DNA from: Vermamoeba vermiformis
Lineage: Eukaryota
NCBI GenBank assembly: GCA_045837725.1
Contig: JBEWZL010000304.1
Location: 124,001-188,000, forward strand
Direction of reading: 5' to 3'
Length of the DNA: 64,000 nt
The position numbers and the translations under genes are program-made. Positions 48,974 to 63,000 of the stretch are shown here, piece by piece; positions within the stretch are counted from its first letter, which is position 1; the number at the start of each line of letters is the position of its first letter. The notes under the pieces are model-generated. The model did no database searches and was not told the DNA's origin. It was given only the letters and a program-made list of their open reading frames with translations.

Positions 48974-51900
48974 TTAGTTAGCCTTAACGATCTTAAGCAC
49001 GTAAACGTTGCCGATCTGATCTCCTGCAACCACATGTACTTCGCTATTAACGGACTTGGCGCTGAGAGCCGTCACTGGTGCTTGGCAGAAGAATTCGTTC
49101 TTGAGATCCAAAGTCTCTTTGTCGCGGATGTTGATGCTGTGATCCTGACCAGCGGTCACAAGGTACGAGCCACCGAAACGCACCTTGTTCGCCTTGCCTT
49201 CGTGCGGGGTGATTCTATTAACGAAGCCCAAGGAATAGCCATTGGTGTACACAGCCAACTCTCCGTAGTAGTTGGTCGCGACGAGAAGAGATCCGTCGTC
49301 GCTGAACTGCACGTCACTGACACGATTGAACACTTCACTGCGTCTGCTTGAATGGGTCCAAACAGACAGCTCATTGTCCCAGCCGCCGGCAGCTAGCTTG
49401 TCGTCGCTCTTCGGGTCAAAGTCAACGGCATTGATCCAGTCGCTAGCCCCGCGCAAGGTCGTGGTCGGGTTGCGATAGCTCGGGGACCAAAGGTTGAGCA
49501 CGTTGTCCCAACCACCTGTAACCAATTTCAAGCTGTTACGTGCGAATGCAACGCAGGTGGCGGGGCCACGGTGAGCCACGAGTGAGCCTTGTGCAGCGAA
49601 TTCCATGGTCTTAGTTCTCGATCTCAAATCGTACAACAACACCGCTCCGTTGTCGCATGTAATTGCGGCCATGTTGTTGTCGCTCGAAACAGCGCACGAT
49701 TTGATTGGCACGTTGTCGGGATGGTACAAAGAGAGCAGCTTCTTGTTGGTGTGCAAATCCCAGAACATGCCTTGACCGTCGTCACTGACCGTCAATAACT
49801 TGGTTGCGTCACTAGTCAACGCGCAGTCATTGATCGAGCCCATGTGGCCAGTGATCTCGGGGACGACTTCTTCGGGCTCAGTTTCTTTAGCCTTCTTCTC
49901 CTCTTCTTTCTTTTCAGGTGCGCCAAAGTAAGAAGACATAGAGCTGAACGAGGAGCTGTACGAGGACGTGTACGAAGAAGAGCCGTAAGAAGATGAAGAG
50001 TAGCTAGACGAGAAGAACGATGATCCGAATGCAGAAGAGCTGTTCGAATCTTCCTGGTTGTCTTTGCCCATGGCAGGCTCCCAGATCTTCACGCTGCCGT
50101 CGTCCGAAGCAGAAGTGATTTGGTTGTTGACCGGGGAGAACTTGGTCTTGCGAACACTTTGCGAGTGGCCAATGAGTGCCGCAACCTCGGTGGCTGCCAA
50201 AGGATCCCAAATCTTGATAGTGCCGTCGTCACTGACACTAGCAAGGAACTTGCCGTCGCCCGAGTAAGTGAACATGTTGACACGCTGAGTGTGGCCAGCA
50301 AGTGTCGTGATTTCGGAGGCCGATTGCGAGTCCCAAATCTTCAAGGTACCGTCGTAGCTGGCTGAAATGATCTTGGTACCATCGGGCGAGAAACGGCAGA
50401 AAACCACTGCAGAGCTATGGCCGGACATAGTTGCAATGTCTTCACCTTTGCGCACGTGCCACAACTTCATGTTGTAGTCCCATGAAGAGGTGACAATTCT
50501 GTTGCCGTCAGGGCTGAAGTGGCAGCAGTTCAACCAGTCTTTGTGCGCTCTCAAAGTCTGCAAGCACTTTCCATTGCGTGAGTCCCAGACTCGGAGGGAG
50601 TTGTCACGTGATGCAGAAGCAATGAGCTTGCCGTTGGGTGCGAAGCTGCAAGCACGAACGACGCTGTCGTGACCGGTCAACTCGGTCAACATTTCACCAG
50701 TCATGTAGTTCCAGACACGCAAGGAGAAGTCGTCTGAGCACGAGACCAAGCGTGTGTCACCCGCGACAGGACTGAAAGAAATCTGCGCAACGCAGTCGCG
50801 GTGACCGGTGAACTTGCGAACTAACTCGCCTGTTTGTGCATCCCAAAGCATGATTGAAGCATCGTCAGAGGCCGAGGCAATGTATTTGCCGTCAGGAGAG
50901 TACTCGCAGTGGTTGATCGCGCGAGTGTGGCCCTTCATGGTGACGATCTCTTCGTTGTTCTCCAAGTCCCAAATGTGCAGGGTGCATTCGGATGAGCCGG
51001 TCACGAGTCTCAAGTTGTTTTGCGGGTGGAACGCAACGCACAACATATGGCCAGCCTTGACTTTGATGACGTTCTTCTCTTTGCCCAAGTTCGAGCTCCA
51101 CACACGCAAAGTGCAGTCATCAGATGCAGAGATGACGTGCTGTCCGTCGTTAGAGAACCCGACGGAGTTGATGGGCTTGGTGTGGCTAGGCAGCACCGTG
51201 ATGGGCTTGGCAGCTGCCGGGTCCCAAATGATCAGGGACTTGTCGAGAGAACCGGAGACAACTTGCTTTCCTGTTGGCGAGTAAGCAACTGAAGTGACGG
51301 ACTTGTTGTGTGCTTTGAGGGTTGATTCGCAGGTACCAGTTTCCATGTCGAAGATCTTAATGGTACCGTCCCAAGAGCCCGAAATCACCTTAGTGTTGTC
51401 CGGTGAGAACGAGCACGAGTTGACAGGCTTGCTGTGGCCCTTATAACTGCGCTTAATAGAGCCATCGGATGTGTTCCATAAGATCATGGAGCAGTCCCAT
51501 GAGGCAGATAAGATCCATTTGCCATCATTGCTGAAGCAAGCGTCGTTGACACGTCTATCGTGACCAGACAATGTCATCGACTCACGGCCCAAATACAAGT
51601 CCCAGACCTTCAAGGTCTTGTCCCAAGAAGCGGAGACGATTTGGCGGCCGTCTGGTGCGAATGCAAGGGATGCAATCCAGTTAGAGTGGCCCGAGAACGA
51701 GGCAATCTCGAGGCCAGTCTGTGCATTGAACAAGCGAACGACGTTGTCCTTTGCAGCGCAAGCAAGATACTTGCCGTCAGGGCTGAAGGCAGTGGCTGTG
51801 ACTCCTTCGCCGAACCCATTGAATGTCATCTTGCAGGCGTCTTTTTCTTGAGGCTTGTTGAGCCACTTCACCCACGATTGGACCACTTGTTGATCGCTCG

Positions 51901-54900
51901 AAGCGGTCTTGATCTTGTTCCACAATCGTTGCGCTTCCTTGGCAGGGGCGGTGTGGTCGGGCTGATTGGCAGCCTGTTGGAAGCTGAGTGAAGGGTTCTT
52001 GCTCAACACGTGTGCGCTCGATTTGACAAAGTTCATGAACTCGCGAATCTCTTGCTTTCCGGCAAATTCTTCGGTGTCTTCAGCACAAGCAAGGTTGTAA
52101 TCCGCAATCAAATCGAATGTCATTTCGTACGAGCACTTGATTTCGATGTATGACATGTCGCACAACACCTTTTGAAGCTGCTTCCACATCTTTCCAGCAG
52201 TCAAGTGGTAAGGCAATTCTCTGATCGCGCGTTGATCCGTTGCACCGAGCCATGTGCCATCGGTCTTAGGATCAGCTCTGCTGTAGAAGTGTTGAGCAAT
52301 CTTCTCGTGAATCTTGATCTCAGACTTGGCGATGCTCAAGTATCGCTTCTTGACCGCGATAGCCATTTGTTCATGGAAGAAGTTGAGCGTGGTCTCGCCA
52401 TTAGTCGAGTCACCTGAAGGCTTCAAGTAGTAGCCCAGACTACGGTACAGTCTGTTCCAGTGTTGTCTCACTGCTTCAGGTGAGGAGTCCAAGTTGTTGG
52501 TCTTGTTGTAGACTTGGAGCAGATCTACCATTTCGTTCTCCATCAAGCCACCTCTGCTGCACAAGATGAGAGTAAGTGCAGTCTTGACGAATTCTTTGCC
52601 GTGGTCTCCCTCCAATCGTTGCAACACTTCGTCAAAGAGCTTAGGAACGGTGGCACCAAGATTCTTGATTCTTTCGGAGATTTGCTCGTAAACTCCGAAC
52701 ACTCGCAATTCCTCGCAAGCCACAACGAGGTAGAGCGGCTTAGTTGCCTCGGCCTTGCGCAAAAGAACGCGCATTTGGTTGTTCATCGGTCTCTCGTCCA
52801 ACTTTTTGTGGTACTCCCAGAGAATTTCACGGACGAGTTCAGTGCGTTCAGCAACGCTCAAAGGAGTCAATTTCAACTCGGACATCTTGAGGGCAGTGCG
52901 CTTCTTGAGGATTTCGTAGGGCTTAGTCTCCACAGTAGCACTGACGATGAACTTGCAAGGAAGCTCTTCAGGCAACCAATCGAGTCCTTGCGCGCGATGC
53001 ACTTTGTCGTTAAGTTGATTCAAGGCGTCAATGACGACGACCAAGCGACCCTTGAATGAGGCCTGTTCCAAGAGGATCGGGAACTGTTGGGTCAACTCCT
53101 TAAAGTCTTCTGGAACGTGCACGTCAAGCGCGAACGCGTGCTTAAGTTCCAAGCACAAACGACGCAAAGTCTTGCGGATGTCGTTTGATTCAGGGCTGGC
53201 GTTGACAAAGTGCGGCAACACGAATACGTCGGGATTCTCTTCGGCGTATTTCTTGGCGAAGGCTGACACAAGAGCTGTTTTACCCTCACCAGGTTTGCCA
53301 GAAACGACCATCAATTTGCCCTTGTTTCCGTTGGCAAACTTCTTCATGCTGTCGAGCAAGTCCTTTCGGCCAATGAACTTGCGAGCCTTCTCTTCAACCA
53401 GAGCTTGGTGGAAGGATCTCTCGACGTGCAAATCTTCCTTGTGGCTTTCTTCTTCGGGGAAGTGTTTGCAGATGGCGCCCCACAAGTCGTTGAAGACTCG
53501 TTCGCCAAACTTTTCCAAGCCTCCAATCATAGGCTTGCCGTCTACAATTCCGTGCCATTTAGCGGGATAGTCGAACACGGGCAGTCCGCTGTCCTTGATG
53601 GTCTTCTTCAAGTTATCCATCTTAGACTTGGCTGTAACGTCACCAGCCTCGAAGTACTTCTTTTGTTCCTTGGGTACTTCATTGAGCGAGTTGGGATCAC
53701 GGATGTAGAAGAAAGTGCCGCCTTGTTGCTTGGCGACTTCGGGGTTGTTCAAGCCGGCAGAGTACATTTCCAATTCAGTGATGGAGCGACCGGCAGGATA
53801 GTTGTTGAGCCAAGAGAATCGCTCGTGTTGTGGGACCTCGTATTGAGCAGGAGCCCAGCCATAGCGATCACCGAGCATACCAACGAAGAATGGACGGCAT
53901 CGCTCCACTTCGTCCAAGCACAATTGGATGGATTTGCCCAATTGTGATTCTTCTTCGGTGACACCCCAACGAAGATCAACTTCGACCAGATTGATCTTTC
54001 TCTTCTTGCATCGTTCTTTGAGCTCAGGGAACACGATGCGAGTGAGGTAGTCACGTTCACCGTGCATGTCCAAGAAAGTGGACGAGATGAATACACGGGC
54101 TTCACGCCATTGGGAGCCAACAGTGATGTTGGGGAAGGTTTGCTTTTGGCCTTCCTTCTCGTAGATGCTTTCGAGCCATCTCCACCAGGGCGAGACTTCA
54201 GCCTCTTGAGGAGCGTTGTTGTTCTCGTCCTCCTTAAGGCCGGCAGCTTCGTCGATGTGCTCGACGTAGTTGAGTTGGTTGTTGTCACCACGTTCAGCAA
54301 TGAAGCGAAGGATCTGCTCGCTGAAACCAGTGATGGCAATGTTGTTAGGATTAGCCTCATCGTCAGCAACCATAGCGCGTCCAGATCCGCTGAGATCCAC
54401 GCTGACGAACAATAATTCGGGGTTGACTTCTTGGCGGTACTTGGTGAGCAAGTTAGCCAAGCGATTCTCGTCTTCGGAGGCGCTGATGACCTTGAAGGAC
54501 AACACCAACAAGTTGTCAATTCGCTTCTTCTTCAAGATAGCTTCCTCAAGGTAATCGTAAGGGAACTCGTTACCGCCGCCCAGTTCAGCGGCCTTTTGAG
54601 CGACGATCTTCATGTTATCCAAGATCGTGCCTTCGATCAAATCAACGCCAACGTGACAGTTCTTGTGAAGACCAGAGGGTGAAGAGAACAATCTGAAGTC
54701 GCACTCTTCGCAGACGTACTTGCACATGAGACCGAGCAAGTAGCCAACCTCTTGAATGCTGCGCACGGAGTTACCCATACCCTTGGCACCATTGCATTGA
54801 ACCTTGCTAGCCTCGCTAGTGTTGCAGAACACAACAGTCGAACCACGGATCGGATCAACGTTGTGAATGGTAGCCAACTTGACTGCAGTGTCAAGTGCCT

Positions 54901-56545
54901 TGCGGTAGTCAGCGAAGACGTTAGGAGGAGGCATCATGGCAGGGATGATGGGCTTCTTCTTCTTGCGCTTCTTGTCGGCAGGAGCGCCAGGCTTATCTTG
55001 ACCAGACACGAGCTGCTTGAAGGTGTCAAGATCAGCAGGGATGACTTCGTACGCAGAGAAGAAACGGAACGGGAACTGTCGTGATTGAGCCACGGCACGT
55101 TCGTTCGACAATCTGTTTTGAGCCCACTTGTGGTACTTGGGATTCACACCAGTGTAGATCAAGTTACGCAAGTTACGAAGCATAGCCATAAAAGGCAACT
55201 TCTTGTGCTCGATCAGTTCCTCCCAAGCCGAGGCTTTGTTGCCCTTGGCAGAGAGCAGGGTCTCCCAAGTTTCAGGAGTAGGCAACTTCATTCTTCGGCC
55301 AGCACGTTCAATCTCAAACTGGCCAGACAGTCCACTCAAGCGGAAATCAGACTCGGCGACTGGATACTTCTTGCCCAAGAGACACATGACGTTGTAAACG
55401 GGCTTCGACAAATGGAGCTGTCGAATCATTTGCTTCATGGTCAACATGGGCTTGTCGGGCTTATTCATGCCCAACTCGCGCATCTTCTTTTGCTTGCGCT
55501 TGATGGTACGTTCTTTGTTGTACTTTCCGAGTTGATAGACATCAAAGTTAGGGAATTTATCGACCATTGATTTTCTCAAGCAGGTCGGGATTGACTTTCC
55601 TTTGAGGACTAAAAATAGAACATTGTGAGCAAATCTCGCGATACGAGGCTAATAGAGTCGATCTAGTTGTCGTTACAGTAACTCTGAGACTTACGTTTGT
55701 CAGGCAATGTTTGATAGGTTGCCGCGACATCAAGCCAATCAGAAGGCAAAACGATGATTTTGCTAAAGTATTTGCGAACATAAGGCTGGCACTCAGTAAT
55801 GTTGCAAGCGAGAGCAACCAAATAGTTAGCGGTTGATCTGATTTGAATCAAAGTTAGAAAATATTGAATCATATTATTTCCGTCTACCGCACGTACCTAA
55901 TGTTTAAGTCCTGACGAACGTACAACGCGAGCTTAAGTACAAACTCAGGGTCATAAAATGCAATAGTCTTGCAGGATTTAGTAATCTTAATGTAAGTAGG
56001 ATTGGTTGGGGAGAGTTTTGGTTCGTTGATTAAAGCAGCAGAGACCATATTCAATAATTTCACCTAAAGAGACCAAGCGGTGAGTCACCAAATCCGACGG
56101 AGATATTTTTGGCAGATGATCTTACCTTGGTCTGCTTGAGCTCTTGTGGGGTCATGCTTTCGAATTCTACGTGAGTCGCTTGGGCGTAGTCGCTAAAATA
56201 GCAAAATCAAGTTAATAGCTGCTTCAAAAAGGTGGCTAAAGTAAGTCAATCTGGCTCAATTCAAAAATAAATTTTAAAAATCAATATTCAGCAGAAAAAT
56301 AATTAATTCAGTACTTACATTTGTGGCTGGTTATCACGCACCAATTCCATAGCTTGCGGGTTCTGAGTGGCCGTTACAGTTTGAGTAGCCGATCCAAGAC
56401 CTCGTCCACGAACAGCACCACCACGAACAGCGCCACCACGACCCCCGCGAGCAGCACCGCCACGTCCTCCGCGTCCTCCACGAGCAGGACCACCACGACC
56501 TCCACGAGAACCTCCTCTACCGCCTCTGTTACCGCGTCCCGACAT
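48974..56545 (-). CDS. TEP1: Telomerase/vault-associated protein TEP1 homologue (RGG - TROVE - vWA-like - DUF4062 - NACHT-like NTPase - WD40 repeats)
   Basis: TROVE motifs DPEFVLKLALYVRQDLNIRST, FDVYQLGKYN, PETWETLLS, LPFMAMLRNLRN and SRQFPFRFFSAY. DUF4062-type RVFISSTFLDMHGERD...VDLRWG. P-loop GKPGEGKT with VVIDALNQL. About 20 GH...WD repeats. Four short 5' exons plus one ~6.6 kb terminal exon. Confidence 0.95.
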
Positions 56546-57054
56546 CTTAGCTGAAAGTTATCGAAGACAGATGTATTTGAAAGAGAATGTGTAATAATAA
56601 TACAACAACAGGGTGTAACAAGAAGGTTTCAATTAAGGTATGTATTAGCTTGATTGAAACAAAAAAATAACCTCTTTATGCGCGTCAAGAATTTTTTTAA
56701 ACTCTTCTTGTGTTCTGTGATTTTTCTCAGTCCGTCAAACTGCCTTGTCTTCGCCCACAACCAGAATACGCTTCGCATCCTCCACACTACCACATATATG
56801 CAAATCAGCAAATTAAAAATATTTTTTTGAGTGATCAGAAGGGATCAGCAATCAGAGCGGTCAGAATGTAATTATTTGTGGATAACTACACGTTAAAAAT
56901 ATTATTATACTCAGGTACATTTTTTAAAAAAGATTTTACGTGCAACGGTAACACTCAACGGTAACGCGAATTTTAATAATTTAGATCAAATCGAATGCTT
57001 GCCTTTCAAATACTTTTTAGTGCTATCAACAATTACATTTTATTATTGTACAAT

Positions 57055-60000
57055 TTATCTCAAATCGACACGAGCAGCATTTCGTGGTTCGATCTTGAGC
57101 GACTGCTCTTCCACAATGGTTTCTTCCAAAGTGGGCAGGTGATTAATGACTCCTTGTAAGTCGTCTTCGATTTCAATGTCATATTTAAACTGTTGGAACC
57201 GCAAGACGGAGTTAAAGATCAGGTTGTAGATCATGCGTCTCTTGGCGAAGTTGATCAGCTTGACGTTGTTTACTTTGACCCAATCGGGATTTCCTTCGTC
57301 AATGAAAGTCAAATCCTTCATAACGACACCCCTAAATAGCATTTGGTTAGTATTTGCGTTCAGGATTGCCAACCTAGAATAAATTTGTGGATGCGATCCA
57401 AAGCTCGCTGGAGCTTCGTGGTTTTTGTTTGAATTTCATAATGCTACGAATAATTCCTCGACTATTGTACTTCAAGTGGGTACTTACAAATAAGGAATGC
57501 ACGGGCCTTCGATCTTTTCGATCTCCGCACGGTAATTTTTGAAGCTGCCTTGCATGTCCATTAATTGTTCTAACTCTTGCAGAACTTGAATAAGTTGCTT
57601 AGGTACTCGCGCCATAGTCCACTTTAGGCGAGACACTATTAATAGAACAAAAGATTAGTATCAAAAATGATTGGATCTGCACGACAAGATCTTACCAGCA
57701 AAATGATTCAGACCAGAGATGATCGCGGTTAATAAGTGGAAGTTGTTCATGTCTCGTAATCGCTTTGCGATCTTAATAAACTTGATCACCAAGTCAACAC
57801 GCTTCTTCAGTTGATGTTCGAAGCAAACAGTCGTTGTGACCCACCTTGGTTTGCAACATTAGTCAAGCTGCTAGAAGAGATCGACAAACGTTCAAAACTT
57901 ACGAGGCTACTGTATTGAACATTTCAATCATTTGGCCAACCATGCCATCCTTATTCTTGAGCCAGGCTTGGTTCAGCAATTCCGAGATCTGACACGAGCA
58001 CGTTAGATCCGATAGTTTGAGGAACTTGGATTTCTTACCTTCATTTGTGAGAAAACATTGGAGAGTCTGATAGTCAGTTGCTTGGCAATATCATTTGTGC
58101 GAAGCTCAGAGCGAGTCCAATCGACCTTATCAATAATGCTCATGTTCTTAAAATCCTTCGCAGTCAACACTTTGTAGATGTCTCTCGTCGAGGCATTTCT
58201 CTTCAACTTGAAGCTGTTGCTTCGGGATACTGAAGGACTGGCATCTCCAGGCTGTCCATCACTTTCTTTCTGTTATTGAATATTATTAGCAAAAGTTGAC
58301 ACGTGTCAAACATCACTCATGAACGTACTCTAAGTTCGAATAAAGTGATGACCAAGCGCGTTACTGTTTCGTTCTTGATAGTAGGATCCTTTGTGACGAC
58401 GTTGCGGACCAAATGTTCGAGTTTCTTATTTACATTGACTTCTTTAGCATCTTCGGGTGAGTAGTATTTCTCGATGAAATGACCCAAAATGAAACACACT
58501 CGCAACTTGATGCGGCGTTGAAGATGAGACTTTTCTTTTGGTACTTCGAACCTGAGAGAGATATTATTAGGTAAGCTAAGGGCTTAAGAACGTCACGTGA
58601 TTCTACTTACAATTCAGCCAACTTGTCAAGGAAATCTTCGACGCTCATGAACGTGGATAAACTTCCCAAGAACGGATTCAAATAGTGCTTGTCGCCTATG
58701 ACAGTCGTTAGCACGTGCAAGTTAGGCAGAGTTCGTGAGGACTTACCAAATTTGGTGTTAACGAGCGCCAAGATCAGTTGGTACAATGAAGAGGCCTCGA
58801 CAATAAGTTCTTCGCCTTGTTTCGTGAACTGAATGTCGTCTTGCTTGCTCAGGTCTTGTTCGACATCGGCCCAATTGATCTTCTTTTTCGCCAGCTCACG
58901 TCTCGCAGTCAATTTAGCTTCAAAATCTTGACGTGTGATGACAGTGACGCGATTGCCTTCGTTAATGTTGTACTCGAGTAAAGACTTGTTGATGTCCATT
59001 TCAATCATCTTGCCGTGCACTTTGCGGTAGGTAATCAATTGACCCACTGGCGCGTTAAGTTTCGGGAATTGACTGGACTCAACGACCTGCTTGAACGGGA
59101 TCGCGGAATCAACTTTGACAGGTGTCACTTTCTTATCGCCGGTCTTCAATTGGATAGTGATGAATCGTCTAAGCAATTGCAAATTCATCTAAGCCGATTG
59201 GTGTCAGTAAGTTTTTCAATATTTTTTTGCACTGACTTACTCTGTTGTTAGGTTTCAGTTGGGCTAATGTCATGTTGCCATCGAGCCATGAGAGTGCTCC
59301 GTCAACACTAGCCGATACAAAGCTAAAGTCTTTAGGATCGCCGAGTTGAGTGCGGATTACTGCTAGGGAGACCAACTTGTTGACTTTCATTTGAGGATCC
59401 GCTCTGAATTCAATTGAATTAGTTACAAGAAAGGATTATAATATTTGTAAAATAGGTGGAACTAATTATTAAATAATAGAGTTCTTTGAGAAAGGCGTAC
59501 CTGAATTTTTCTTTTTGTCTGGATGCACCTTCAGAAGATCTCGCTCGGCCGCTAGCAGAATTTTCTTCATAGTAAATAATCGTATCAACGAATTTAGGTC
59601 GCAGCTCGATAATGTTCGATTGAGTAACGACGGAGCTATATTTAGCCAAGGGCTCCGTGTCTTCAAGTGGCAAGTAGAATTTCTCGCCGTCGCCTTCAGC
59701 AGCCTTGACAAATCTCCATTCGGAGAGTTCAGCGGAATTTCCTTCGTTTTCATTGTGTTTGTAGTAAAGACCCCATTCTTGCGACAGATCGCCTTTGAGT
59801 TGCTCGACCAAAGCCAAAGTCAATTCGCTGCATTGCTTGTTTGCATCAATTTCGACGATATGATCTTCGGTCTTAGTACCAGACTTATATTGAACTGTTA
59901 AAGTCCATGGCTGGTATTTAAACTCGAATAAAACCTAAATTTTCTTTGATTAGATCTGACGTTCTTTCCATACATAGAAGGTAAAGACAAAGCATAATCG

Positions 60001-63000
60001 GAGCATTTCCGTAAAGAGATCAATATTCGAATGATTAATATACTTACAGGTCCTTTAATATTACGTTGGAATAAGGAAACGTCTCCGTGTAACCAAGATC
60101 CAGGCTCGATCATGACTTGTGGTACCTCGCTCTGTAAATTAATGTTTAGTAAATAGCGCAAATAATATTGTCATAATTATTTAATTAATTAGAGTTGCGT
60201 TCACCGAATTTAAAATCCTAGGATTTTAGTCCGTATTACGGATGTAGCTAAATTATGTGATTTTGGGTATGCAAGTAGTGCTTACTTTACGAGGCGAGGA
60301 ATCAGGTAATACATTTCCAGGCAAGAACAGTCCAAAGTAATGGAATTCGCTTTCAATGAACCCTTTCTTCATGAGTTCTATGATTATTCGTTTGAATGTT
60401 GTGGTGGCGTCGTAAGAGAGCAGTAAATAATAAAAACCAAAAGTATTGGTCACTATAACCACAAAATTCTCGTCCAGACGGAAATGCTGGCGGTTTGCAA
60501 CGAAATACTAAATAAGGAGATTAGTTCAAGTGAACCAGATCAAAAAGACACGCGAGATTGAACGGGAGATACATGAATTATTGCAAGAATTTGGATTCGT
60601 TCCAATCGTAAGCGGATAAATTATATTCCTCGTTATAAAATTTCGATAAGAAATGGAGCAGGATCCGTCAAGAAAATTTAAATCAACGTCCGATCCAACT
60701 AAAAATAGCTTACCTCAACGAGCTTTTCTCTTCCATGTTGCACAAATAGCTCTTCCAGATCATCGTTGAATGATTTATGAAAGGTTCGCATTAAGGGCTG
60801 AATATCTTGCGAGGCTCGAGATTTCCATTCCTGAATGATAAAGATTAAGTAATCTCCATTAATCTCATCGTTTAGGATTTAACTTTAAGAATATACTTTA
60901 AATAAACATAAACAATATATTATACTGTTTAAATATGAGCTAAATACTTACACCGAGGTAAAACACGATGCCCACGGCAATGAATTCATCGCGGATCTTC
61001 ATTCGGGTTTTTAAGTCCTCAGTATGATGTAGAACTGTATTAATGAACTCTAATACGCATTGGACGTGCTAAATAGTAAAAATTAAGTATTAGTAAAGCA
61101 ATATCCAAGCACTATATTAGTTGTCATTTAACAGCCAGATCGTTCTCATTACTACCGTTATTAAGCGTGTATTTGATGCAAAAATGATTGATTATTTGTG
61201 ATATTGTATCGAAGGTGTATACTTACTTGAGGATAAGAAAGAGATCCATCGAGGTAGAAAAACAGCGGATCCATTCGATTGTTCTTTGTCGGTGAAACAG
61301 CAAATTGAGCGGAGAATCCATCGAGAATAGTACTATAACATTAGACCGTTAATAACGGTTAATAAAGCGAATACTGCGTGACACTTTGTTGACATTTTTT
61401 GACACGGGACTTTGCGTTGTTTTGACACGCTACTTACGGAATGCCTCGCGGAGCCTTTGTAACGATTTTTCCAAGTAATTTGATGACATATAAATACATT
61501 AATGGCACGTCTTTGAGCGTCAATAATAACATTAGAACGCGTCCCATGTTGACTGATTGTTCCATCGCTTCGAACATTTCATAAATATGGTCCTAAAAAT
61601 AGCATTAATGAACGTATATAGATGCTAATATTAATAACAATAAAGCTTGTTTGTTATTAATGAATCACATAATTTAGTTGATAAGACTTACGTTTGCAAA
61701 ATAGGCTATAATCGCCAATAAATCTAAGATAATTTCTTTAACGTCCTCAGTGAGCCTATAATAAAAAAGAGAACATTACTATGAGAATTCTATTCACAAG
61801 AATTTTTTGGTACGCGCGCGTTGAATAAAAATTTAGCCGCGAAATAGTTGCAAAGCTTGACTTACTTAGTTTGCGTATTGACTTTGAGTAAATATTCGAA
61901 TATATACTTGATTCCTCCTGACGATACGAATGACGTCATCCATTGCGGAGTTACACGGTGAATAACAGATCGAAGTGCTGCAATGTCGATCCAGCTCAAT
62001 GACGGTTTAGCAAGTGCTTCTAAATAATATTCTACTTGTAATTTGCGCGGGTCATCTACTTCCCCGGTAAGAGATCCGCGTCGCGAGGTTGATGGCGATG
62101 AATCAGCAGAATCACTATCGCTGTTACAAAAAAACGAGTCAGTACGAATAAATCGAAAAGTGGCGTATAAATATGCCTTCTAAATGATTGCGTATTAATA
62201 TAGCGCTAAACATTTTATTAGATGAATAGTTTTTATTCGTTGAAAGATGACGCGATCCAGAATCAAAATAATTTTTTGGTCAAAATAGAGATAGTTCGCG
62301 AGTATAAATATGCGTAAAGCTAATTAACTAATGAATAATAATATTTTTTGTAATGTGAAAGCATTGTAACTGTTGCGAATTGTCTAAATTTGGAATGTGG
62401 ACCTAAATAACTGAAACGCTTCATAAAAAGCAATAGCTATTATTTAAATATGCTCTATACTATTATGAATATTAGCTTACCTATTTCTCCTTTGCAATTC
62501 AGGCGGCAACTCACCAAAAAATTTAATTGAAGCTGAAGATCTTCGAGCGGGTACGGCAGGTGCTTTTAAAGATATTAGTACGAGCGTCTTGCTTATAATA
62601 AATATACTATCGATGGTATCATTCGATCACAAAATTTGCGTTGGAACTCTTAAACATGTGACAGCTTGGCAGCACGTTAATTAAATCAATTCAACAAAAT
62701 CTGATGGAAAATCTTCTATAGAAATCGATAGGAAATATTCAATACGAGGGCTAAATATGCCTTTGAAGCTGACAAACGAATATTTAAAAATTGTTACCTA
62801 AAACCGGAGATGTGGGCGCTGAATACGCTGAACCAATTGTAAATCCTCTATTTCTATTTTCTGCATTACTAGTGCCATTTGCTTGTTGAGGAGAGCCCGG
62901 AGCGCTGCCAATTAACGACCGAGTAGTGAGCGATCCGACGGATTTAGGCGCTGCGGGTACTGGAGGCGGCGTGTTAACTCTTCTGACAGTACCCATGGAA

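Noticed and set aside
48833-55570. Numerous overlapping alternative-frame and antisense ORFs across TEP1
   Set aside because: Expected shadows of a long GC-richer, codon-biased exon; no recognisable motifs.
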